DNA of 64,000 nt from Macrostomum lignano (lineage: Eukaryota): assembly GCA_002269645.1 (NCBI GenBank), contig NIVC01001405.1, forward strand, positions 1 to 64,000. The letters run 5' to 3'. The position numbers were made by a program, and so were the translations under genes. The stretch's first letter is position 1. Every line of letters starts with the position of its first letter. The notes beneath the pieces are model-generated. The model ran no database searches and was not told the origin of the DNA. It worked only from the letters and a program-made list of their open reading frames with translations. This document shows, one piece after another, positions 1 through 11,500 of the stretch.

Positions 1-163
1 ATAGTCCTCTCAGTACAGTTACTTAAAATTGCTCATCTCTCAAATTATTACAAAATTAATTAATCGGGTAATTATGTAAAAAAAACAAATGTGCTACTTT
101 TTATACACTATTTACTTTACTAAACAAAAAATCTGCTCTACATAATGACAGAAATAAACTTAC

Positions 164-2051
164 TGCTGGACCGGACGCAGCGCGTCACTGTTCTGCTCGG
201 TATCGATCGAGTCTTGATTGCAACACACTTGAAGCCCTTGCTGCACTTGCGAGATTTGCAGTCACCAGGAGCCCTCTTTGTGCACCTGGCCACCCGTCGG
301 TATTTCTTGTAGGTCCTCGTGATAACACGTGTCACACTTCTGCACTTACACTTCCGGATGTAGCTTCCAAGATCAGACAGATTCAAGCGTCTAAGACGGG
401 AGCTGCCCAGGGCGACGGCTCGACGGATGAAGCTCAGCACCTTGTTGACTTTTCGGCTGTTCAAAGTGATGACACGGCCATTGCCTCTGGAAAGAGCCTG
501 GTACTCTTTGTGGTAATTTCTTCCGCAAAGTCTTCCCGTGACAATAAACACCATCTGCAGGTTCTTGTTGTCGATGACTCTGCGTACCTACATGTATAGT
601 TGAACAAAAATTATATATTTTCAGATTTGCGTATATAGTTTTCCAAAAGACATGCACCATTGCAAAATCATTTTACCTTTTTCTGCAACCTGTAATCTTT
701 AGCGCTGGCGTCGGTAAACACGTAGATCACGGAGCCGCGCTTAACCTTTCTGGCTGCGGCCAGAATGCCGCGCATCGCTAACTCTGGACAGTCGCCGCCG
801 CCTCGAGCCCTCAGGCGTCTCACTGCTGATACTATTGATCCCGCCTTCGTGCTGACTGTCAGCGGCCCGACCTAAATGATAAGCAAAAATAGTGAATCAT
901 GAAAGCACATCTAAGATGGGCTTAAAACATTATATCCAGGCTTTAACTTGTGTGGCGCTGCTTGGAAAACATATCTCGTAAGAAAGGAGGTCGTCAATTT
1001 TAAAGAAGCAGAACTCTAAAACCGAGAATCACTTAACAATCATTTTTCACCACATTCCCTAGCGACTTAGAAGGGGCAGAGAAGCCGTCCAGGCGCAGCC
1101 AAATTAGTTTAGGATTTGAGCACAAAAACAGCCTGTCAACTTAAGCTCATAAAGTGGAGCCCGGTAACCAAAAATGATGCGTTGTTCTGCTCACAGTGAC
1201 ACCAGGAAGCTGGGTTTGGCAAAAATGCGACAAAAATTTGACTTGGGATCGGGGAGAACAAGCAAGGACATAATTAGGGACTTTAAGAGCTTAAGTTAAT
1301 ATAAGTCACTAATCATCCCCTTGGTTGTTCTTCCCTATCCCAAAACCAATTTTTGTCGCATTTTTGCCAAATATAGCTTCCTAGTGTCACTGTGAGCAGA
1401 ACGACGCATAATTTGTGTACATAGGTTACTCGGGCTCCACTTTATGAGCTTAAGTTGACAGGCCCTTTGTCTGGGAATTTTCCCCCATGAGGACCAAGCT
1501 CTGCAATTCACAGATTCTTTACACTACCTGACGATGTGAAAGTAAGGGCCACTGGCCACCCTGTGAGAGTGTACTTGGCTGCGTATCCGTGTGCGTAGTC
1601 AAGGGTCAGTGGAATGGACTCGAGGCTGCTTAAAACCGGCATTAAATTTGCCATCAAAGCTCAAACTTAGTAAACTTTAAATAGATTTTGAGAGAGCTGA
1701 GTCTTTTCAGATATTTTGTCACTGAATTACTTTCAAAACTCCAGCGTCTTACCTTAGGATCATTAAATGGAGCGACAACAAACCGACTGACTGTGCCTCT
1801 GTTAGCCTTCACAATCTTAATTATGTTGCTCTGAATGCTGCGAATCACTCGGCCCATGCTTCCGGTTGTATCAATCACGAACGCCATGTCAACAGCGGAG
1901 CCTCTTGCTGCGGATTTCGCCGCCTTCGATTTGACTGCCCGATTGCAGGAGCATCGCTTCTGACGCCTGCGCACCCGGCGACGCACAGTCTTTGTTTGAT
2001 AGACAACTCGGCACCGCGAGCCCGAGCGGCACTTCATGGTGCTGCACAGGT
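164..2051 (-). CDS. Divergent seventh vWA domain (three exons) of the giant gene
   Basis: Exons 2051-1753 (DMAFVIDTTGSM...FVVAPFNDPK), 871-677 (VGP...GGGDCPELAMRGI...VIYVFTDASAKDY) and 587-164 (LQMVFIVTG...). These are hemicentin/VWA7-type vWA motifs. A perfect GTAAGT donor follows 164, so the gene continues out of the window. Confidence 0.85.
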
Positions 2052-2483
2052 CTGTTGGAAAAGTCACAAGAAAGGGTGTCGAATGTTTTTACGGTGAGTC
2101 TATTTCTTACTGAAAATTCTGGACGATCTGACTTGAAAATCCGAAATATCGCCATGACGGCGACTCATTCTCACAGTAGGATAAAAAAGAACGGTTTTAC
2201 AATACGATGCTTACTAACTAACATTTCAAGCGATTTCAAGAACCTATTTATAACGGATACTTAACGTAACAGACCTTGATTTAAAGGCACATATCTGTCT
2301 CAGCAATTTCAACTTTTTAAGAAATATTTCAGAAGATGAAATTCAAAGAGTATTTAAATATTACTGTTATTCCTGCTTTGGAAAGGTAAATTGTTGAACG
2401 TGTTGTGATTAGGAAGGTTTTAGAAATATTTTAGAAGTATTTATATCGCATTCAAAGCGCCAAGTAGTCTTGATTTGGAGGGC

Positions 2484-2523
<40 letters not shown>

Positions 2524-5500
2524 ATACATGAAAAGATCTGATTTGTGGATGTTAAATCCTAAAGTTGAGTCCTTTCATTAATTCCACCGTGTAGAGACCT
2601 GCCGAAAAGGACAATTTAGAGTAGACTAAGTAGAGTAGACTAAGTTTAGAGTAGACTAAGACTCAGTAACCAATACAGGGATTAGCACCTCGGTCATTCG
2701 TGAAATTTTTGCTCAAAAGTAATTGTTTCACTCTATAAAAAATAGATTTTGTTGTCCTAATTCGCCTCGAAGCTTACTTTTCCTGGGCTGACATTTAGCC
2801 GACTTGAAAACTCGCACTCGACGCCCAATTCGACGCCTTTTCGTCCGAATCACGCAGCGACGCCCGCGACCGCATCTGATTCTGGCACACAGAGCTGCAA
2901 TTTTGGTTGAAGTGTGCACTTTCTATTTGGCTTCAACAACGGCAGCTTATTTTACAGAAACGTGCAAATCTTACCACTCGGCGGCACTCTAACGCAGGCC
3001 GGTTTGTAGGCCATTCTACCAGCAAAGCGCCGTCTTCTCATCACGCACTTCTTGCCTCTGCCGCACCTGACCGCCTTGCAGCCAGCTGAATTGCGTAATA
3101 AACGAAAAGACTCTCCTGAACATGTGATGAAAGAAGAATGAAAGAAGTGATGGATAAAAAGTTACTTACTTTTTTTCGGGGCTACAAATGCACACCGGCT
3201 GACCCTGGATTGCAAGCGTTTTAAGGAGGCGTTTAGTTTCGCCTTCATCATGTTGTAACTTCTTGAAAGTTTCTTCAAAGCGGCGGCGTATCTTGCTTTC
3301 TCGGCCTTTCGTGCACCGGTCGTGGCTCGCGTCGCCTTGCATCTGTAGCGAATCTCCACGTACTTCAGCGTACCAACGCAAGGGTCGCCAAAGACGCTAT
3401 TGCTAGCTGAAAGTCGGCACGACTGCCTGTTCTGACAAGAGCTTCTTATACGCGAACTGGCTGTACGAGCTGAACAAGAGGTGGTGCGTCTGGGTCCCGA
3501 GTGCAGTACTTATTGGATACGCGGCCGTAGAATCCGGAAACAATGTCGATCGTAGTACCTCGCGGGCAGCTGACGGTGCCAGTTTTATGCTCGCAGAAGC
3601 GGCTCACTCGTTTGGCTGAAAGCAATTTTTCTGATGACTTTTTATCGCATTTTTACGAAAATCATAAATCCTGTTTGGCTCACCTGATAGGCGAGGTTTC
3701 ATGTTTCTTAAAAATAGTTTGTGACGTCGAGCTTCGGCTGCTCGTCTAGCGTTGAACCAGCGGGTGGCGCGAACCAATCGAGCGCTGTAAGCTGCTCGTG
3801 CGGATGATCTAACGCGGGCATCGTATCGGTATTTCTTCAGACAACTCATGCCTCGAGTGCACCGGAAAGTTCCACAGGATACTATAATCAAGGTGAAGTA
3901 GCTTTTAAACCTTGCTTTGCGCTATAAAAGGGACTCAAGTGACTCAAAACAGCATCCATTAAACTCACCTCCAACGCTAACTGCTTTCTTGCATTTGCCG
4001 CCTATACGTTTATATCCTCGACGGCACCTTTTCGAGTACCTCACGCACCTGCCCTTCACGCGTCTGTATCCTCGACGACATTTGGATGTAGAACGCTTAA
4101 CGCACTTTACGGAATTTACATACGAGTACTTTGCTGTAAATCGAGGAACTCTGCGACACCTGCACTTCTCGCGTCTCGATACGAACGTCGACAGACCGTC
4201 ACGGTTCAAGCCTCTCAGCGTACTGGCGCCGTGTTTCAGAGCGCGACTCACGAAGCTCATCACTCGGCTAGCCCGAGTTCTGCTCATCTTGATCCAAGCG
4301 CCTCGAGTCGATCGAGACAAACTGCGGTACGAGTTGCGTCTTCCGCACAGATTTCCGGTTATGAGGAAGTTCAGCTGAGCGTTCTTTCTTCGAGCCAGCG
4401 ATCGGACGTTGCTCTCCTTTCTGCAGTCATGAAAATTGAGTTATAATATTTTTTCAGCTGATATCTTGGTATTGGTAGCAAAAAAGCAAAATTAACTTAA
4501 TCAACACATGCCATGTCTGCTCACCGTCTGTCTCGAGCTGACGGACTCGCATCGGTGAACACGTACACAATTGAGTTCTTCTTTACTCTGGTCAGCGCTT
4601 CGTATATTCCTGAGAAGCCGAACTCGGCGCAGTCGCCTCCGCCAGATGCGCGCATTGCGTTCACTGCTCTGATGAGAGAGTTCACGGAGCTGCGAGATCG
4701 CGCACGAGTCGCCGTCACTGGACCAACTTTCGGATCGCCGTACGGCACAAGCACGAATTTGTTTACCTGAAATGGCCAGGTAGCGTTTCGTTTGCCATGT
4801 TAGAAAATTGGTCTTCTTTATTTAGGGCTCTGAAATTTAGATTGAAAACCACTTACGATGCGCGACTTAGCGTTCGCATTGATAACCTCGCGGATCTTGG
4901 CCTTGATCGCGCGGATCACCGATCCCATGCTGCCGGTCACGTCGACCACGAATGCCATGTCGATGGCGTTCTTTTTGGACGGTTTCTTGCCAGTCTTGGC
5001 TCCGATGCAGCTGCACTTCTTAGTGTAGCCAGCCACACGCTTGCCGACTTGGACTCTCGAGCGAATGCGCCTTGACTTCATTCTGCGCGGGCAGCGAACT
5101 GCAACCGATTGCAGTAAGCAGTTTCAATTTTACTCGGTTGCGTACGCACATATTTAAATAAATTTAATTCGAGCCATTTAGCAGTCAATCATTTCTCACC
5201 TCTGATGCACTTTCTGCCATATCGTCGAAAGTATTTTCCACAACGTTCTGAAATAGTAAAAGTTGTAATACAAGCTAGTTTAAAAAAACGTGCTCCATAA
5301 TTCAGTGGTTATACACTCGTAAAGCAACGATTACAATCCAATGAAACGGCAAATATGGCCATAATAAGTAATTATTGACCCTGAAGTTGATGTTTTGAAA
5401 GAATTTAATTTGAAGTAAAAAATTGGCTCTTATCCAGACTGTACGAGCAAACACCTTTATTCTTCCCCTTCTCAAAAGAAAAGAAGATAATGCTCAGGGA

Positions 5501-8500
5501 TGTCTCTGGTTTTAGGCGTTGGCGCAGTAATCTACCGGCTTGACGAGCATCGCTAGTGGCTAACCGCAGTTTGTATGAGTAGATGTTTGGGGTGGTGTTG
5601 CGCGCTATGGTAGTTGTTGCATGTGTGGTTGTGTGTAGGTACGGGCCTGGCCCTGTGCGAGTGGTTGGCGCAATAGATTTTTTCTTCCTCTTAGCTGTGT
5701 CAACTTGCTTGTGAATCTTATTTAAATGTGTTATTTTATACCACATCTTTCGAGCGTATTAACTTTATACAAATTATATTTCGATGGGCTTCGTGCTGGC
5801 TTGCGTCTCATTTTCAGATGTTTGGCAATAAATTGTATCAGCTATTTATGTTAATCACTGTTACAGACTTGCAGATCTTTCATTGCAAGATTAAGAATTG
5901 ATTTTCGGCTCACTAAGTATTTCACTAGTCAAATAAGCTGGCTTTACAAAAATCAGCAACTGCGAGCGCACAACAGAGAGTCCCAAAGCCGACTTTCGAG
6001 TAGTGGAGCCAAGGAAAGTCCCAACCCAAATTTTTACACCTTGAGACATCGTTTACCAAAAATGCAGGACAATTTCAACAACTCTCACGAAATACGAGCG
6101 TACAAAAGTTTACAGTTTAAGTTTTGTGTATTGTGAGGCATACTGAAGCCCTACCATCTGCCTTCAATTGTTGTGAGATGACTGTCGCTTTGATTGGCGG
6201 AGTTTTTCAGAGACCCTATGGTTCGACCAAACGAACCATAAAGTAACTAATAAAGTTGCCGTCAGTACGCTCGTAAATTAGTAAATTATGAGTTTCGTTT
6301 ACTGTTTCTAAAATACCAGCTAGAAAAAATTGTCTGTGTCATTGAAATTACAAAAAATCTCTGTACACGAAGTAGTCGAACTTTTCACGGAATTAATCAA
6401 TCGTTCTTTCTATAAAATCCAATTTTACGGAGCATTAAGTGGGGTCCACATTGATACGGAGTTTCTATTTATGAGAGTCACAGGAAAGGTTGAAGTCTTA
6501 CTAGGAAACACTTTTGGCAAATTACTTGATTCCATTAAAAACTCAATACTTTACAAAACGATGAACATGTAAACACGGTACAAATGTCTAAAGATACTCA
6601 CTGGAGCTCCTGCGCACGCATCTGACACGACGGCGCCGACCAGACCGAACTGTCTGGAATCCTGGCGGGCACCTTCGACGTCCTCGACTGCCGCTCGAAC
6701 TGCTGCCGCCAGTCCGGGCAGCCCCGCGCCTCACGCACCTGCCCTTCACGCGTCTATATCCTCGACGGCACCTTCTCGAGTGCCTCACACACTTGCCCTT
6801 CACGCGTCTGTATCCTCGACGGCACCTTCTCGAGTACCTCACGCACTTGCCCTTCACGCGTCTGTATCCTCGACGGCAACTTCTCGAGTACCTCATGCAC
6901 TTGCCCTTCACGCGTCTGTATCCTCGACGGCACCTTCTCGAGTACCTCACACACCTGCCCTTCACGCGTCTGTATCCCCGACGGCATCTTCTCGAGTACC
7001 TCACACACTTGCCCTTCACGCGTCTGTATCCTCGACGGCACCTTCTCGAGTACCTCACACACTTGCCCTTCACGCGTCTGTATCCTCGACGGCACCTTCT
7101 CGAGTACCTCACACACTTGCCCTTCACGCGCCTATATCCTCGACGGCACCTTCTCGAGTACCTTACACACCTGCCCTTCACGCGTCTGTATCCTCGACGG
7201 CACCTTCTCGAGTACCTCACGCACCTGCCCTTCACGCGTCTGTATCCTCGACGGCACCTTCTCGAGTACCTCACGCACCTGCCCTTCACGCGTCTGTATC
7301 CTCGACGGCACCTTCTCGAGTACCTCACACACTTGCCCTTCACGCGTCTGTATCCTCGACGGCACCTTCTCGAGTACCTCACGCACCTGCCCTTCACGCG
7401 TCTGTATCCTCGACGGCACCTTCTAGAGTACCTCACGCACCTGCCCTTCATGCGTCTGTATCCTCGACGGCACCTTCTCGAGTACCTCACACACCTGCCC
7501 TTCACGCGTCTGTATCCTCGACGGCACCTTCTCGAGTACCTCACGCACCTGCCCTTCACGCGTCTGTATCCTCGACGGCACCTTCTCGAGTACCTCACAC
7601 ACTTGCCCTTCACGCGTCTGTATCCTCGACGGCACCTTCTAGAGTACCTCACACACCTGCCCTTCACGCGTCTGTATCCTCGACGGCATCTTCTCGAGTA
7701 CCTTACACACCTGCCCTTCACGCGTCTGTATCCTCGACGGCACCTTCTCGAGTACCTCACGCACCTGCCCTTCACGCGTCTGTATCCTCGACGACATTTG
7801 GATGTAGAACGCTTAACGCACTTTACAGAATTTACATACGAGTACTTTGCTGTAAATCGAGGAACTCTGCGACACCTGCACTTCTCGCGTCTCGATACGA
7901 ACGTCGACAGACCGTCACGGTTCAAGCCTCTCAGCGTACTGGCGCCGTGTTTCAGAGCGCGACTCACGAAGCTCATCACTCGGCTAGCCCGAGTTCTGCT
8001 CATCTTGATCCAAGCACCTCGAGTCGATCGAGACAAACCGCGGTACGAGTTGCGTCTTCCGCACAGATTTCCGGTTATGAGGAAGTTCAGCTGAGCGTTC
8101 TTTCTTCGAGCCAGCGATCGGACGTTGCTCTCCTTTCTGGAGTCATGAAAATTGAGTTATAATATTTTTTCAGCTGATATCTTGGTATTGGTAGCAAAAA
8201 AGCAAAATTAACTTAATCAACACATGCCATGTCTGCTCACCGTCTGTCTCGAGCTGACGGACTCGCATCGGTGAACACGTACACAATTGAGTTCTTCTTT
8301 ACTCTGGTCAGCGCTTCGTATATTCCTGAGAAGCCGAACTCGGCGCAGTCGCCTCCGCCAGATGCGCGCATTGCGTTCACTGCTCTGATGAGAGAGTTCA
8401 CGGAGCTGCGAGATCGCGCACGAGTCGCCGTCACTGGACCAACTTTCGGATCGCCGTACGGCACAAGCACGAATTTGTTTACCTGAAATGGCCAGGTAGC

Positions 8501-11500
8501 GTTTCGTTTGCCATGTTAGAAAATTGGTCTTCTTTATTTAGGGCTCTGAAATTTAGATTGAAAACCACTTACGATGCGCGACTTAGCGTTCGCATTGATG
8601 ACCTCGCGGATCTTGGCCTTGATCGCGCGGATCACCGATCCCATGCTGCCGGTCACGTCGACCACGAAAGCCATGTCGATGGCGTTCTTTTTGGACGGTT
8701 TCTTGCCAGTCTTGGCTCCGATGCAGCTGCACTTCTTAGTGTAGCCAGCCACACGCTTGCCGACTCGGACTCTCGAGCGAATGCGCCTTGACTTCATTCT
8801 GCGCGGGCAGCGAACTGCAACCGATTGCAGTAAGCAGTTTCAATTTTACTCGGTTGCTTACGCACATATTTAAATAAATTTAATTCGAGCCATTTAGCAG
8901 TCAATCATTTCTCACCTCTGATGCACTTTCTGCCATATCGTCGAAAGTATTTTCCACAACGTTCTGAAATAGTAAAAGTTGTAATACAAGCTAGTTTAAA
9001 AAAACGTGCTCCATAATTCAGTGGTTATACACTCGTAAAGCAACGATTACAATCCAATGAAACGGCAAATATGGCCATAATAAGTAATTATTGACCCGAA
9101 GTTGATGTTTTGAAAGAATTTAATTTGAAGTAAAAAATTGGCTCTTATCCAGACTGTACGAGCAAACACCTTTATTCTTCCCCTTCTCAAAAGAAAAGAA
9201 GATAATGCTCAGGGATGTCTCTGGTTTTAGGCGTTGGCGCAGTAATCTACCGGCTTGACGAGCATCGCTAGTGGCTAACCGCAGTTTGTATGAGTAGATG
9301 TTTGGGGTGGTGTTGCGCGCTATGGTAGTTGTTGCATGTGTGGTTGTGTGTAGGTACGGGCCTGGCCCTGTGCGAGTGGTTGGCGCAATAGATTTTTTCT
9401 TCCTCTTAGCTGTGTCAACTTGCTTGTGAATCTTATTTAAATGTGTTATTTTATACCACATCTTTCGAGCGTATTAACTTTATACAAATTATATTTCGAT
9501 GGGCTTCGTGCTGGCTTGCGTCTCATTTTCAGATGTTTGGCAATAAATTGTATCAGCTATTTATGTTAATCACTGTTACAGACTTGCAGATCTTTCATTG
9601 CAAGATTAAGAATTGATTTTCGGCTCACTAAGTATTTCACTAGTCAAATAAGCTGGCTTTACAAAAATCAGCAACTGCGAGCGCACAACAGAGAGTCCCA
9701 AAGCCGACTTTCGAGTAGTGGAGCCAAGGAAAGTCCCAACCCAAATTTTTACACCTTGAGACATCGTTTACCAAAAATGCAGGACAATTTCAACAACTCT
9801 CACGAAATACGAGCGTACAAAAGTTTACAGTTTAAGTTTTGTGTATTGTGAGGCATACTGAAGCCCTACCATCTGCCTTCAATTGTTGTGAGATGACTGT
9901 CGCTTTGATTGGCGGAGTTTTTCAGAGACCCTATGGTTCGACCAAACGAACCATAAAGTAACTAATAAAGTTGCCGTCAGTACGCTCGTAAATTAGTAAA
10001 TTATGAGTTTCGTTTACTGTTTCTAAAATACCAGCTAGAAAAAATTGTCTGTGTCATTGAAATTACAAAAAATCTCTGTACACGAAGTAGTCGAACTTTT
10101 CACGGAATTAATCAATCGTTCTTTCTATAAAATCCAATTTTACGGAGCATTAAGTGGGGTCCACATTGATACGGAGTTTCTATTTATGAGAGTCACAGGA
10201 AAGGTTGAAGTCTTACTAGGAAACACTTTTGGCAAATTACTTGATTCCATTAAAAACTCAATACTTTACAAAACGATGAACATGTAAACACGGTACAAAT
10301 GTCTAAAGATACTCACTGGAGCTCCTGCGCACGCATCTGACACGACGGCGCCGACCAGACCGAACTGTCTGGAATCCTGGCGGGCACCTTCGACGTCCTC
10401 GACTGCCGCTCGAACTGCTGCCGCCAGTCCGGGCAGCCCCGCGCCTCACGCACCTGCCCTTCACGCGTCTATATCCTCGACGGCACCTTCTCGAGTGCCT
10501 CACACACTTGCCCTTCACGCGTCTGTATCCTCGACGGCACCTTCTCGAGTACCTCACGCACTTGCCCTTCACGCGTCTGTATCCTCGACGGCAACTTCTC
10601 GAGTACCTCATGCACTTGCCCTTCACGCGTCTGTATCCTCGACGGCACCTTCTCGAGTACCTCACACACCTGCCCTTCACGCGTCTGTATCCCGACGGCA
10701 TCTTCTCGAGTACCTCACACACTTGCCCTTCACGCGTCTGTATCCTCGACGGCACCTTCTCGAGTACCTCACACACTTGCCCTTCACGCGTCTGTATCCT
10801 CGACGGCACCTTCTCGAGTACCTCACACACTTGCCCTTCACGCGCCTATATCCTCGACGGCACCTTCTCGAGTACCTTACACACCTGCCCTTCACGCGTC
10901 TGTATCCTCGACGGCACCTTCTCGAGTACCTCACGCACCTGCCCTTCACGCGTCTGTATCCTCGACGGCACCTTCTCGAGTACCTCACGCACCTGCCCTT
11001 CACGCGTCTGTATCCTCGACGGCACCTTCTCGAGTACCTCACACACTTGCCCTTCACGCGTCTGTATCCTCGACGGCACCTTCTCGAGTACCTCACGCAC
11101 CTGCCCTTCACGCGTCTGTATCCTCGACGGCACCTTCTAGAGTACCTCACGCACCTGCCCTTCATGCGTCTGTATCCTCGACGGCACCTTCTCGAGTACC
11201 TCACACACCTGCCCTTCACGCGTCTGTATCCTCGACGGCACCTTCTCGAGTACCTCACGCACCTGCCCTTCACGCGTCTGTATCCTCGACGGCACCTTCT
11301 CGAGTACCTCACACACTTGCCCTTCACGCGTCTGTATCCTCGACGGCACCTTCTAGAGTACCTCACACACCTGCCCTTCACGCGTCTGTATCCTCGACGG
11401 CATCTTCTCGAGTACCTTACACACCTGCCCTTCACGCGTCTGTATCCTCGACGGCACCTTCTCGAGTACCTCACGCACCTGCCCTTCACGCGTCTGTATC

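Noticed and set aside
1530-1635. Short open stretch (SLESIPLTLDYAHGYAAKYTLTGW...) in an intron
   Set aside because: The flanking exons 1753 and 871 already join in frame to complete the vWA domain, and there is no clear acceptor or family match.
5405-5746. 113-aa ORF repeated in each 3.7-kb unit (also the 80-aa plus-strand ORF)
   Set aside because: It lies within the module intron, is not preserved in the diverged homologous intron at 15.8-16.9 kb, and is repeated only because of the duplication.
6731-7794. CRISPR-like array
   Set aside because: The units are head-to-tail with no unique spacers, lie in a coding exon and are in a eukaryotic context with no cas genes.
6780-8162. Long plus-strand ORFs (HASVSSTAPSRVP and LPFTRLYPRRHLLEYL repeats), also at 10.5 and 14.2 kb
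   Set aside because: These are antisense shadows of the stop-free 54-bp repeat. Splice signals and vWA continuity are all on the minus strand.
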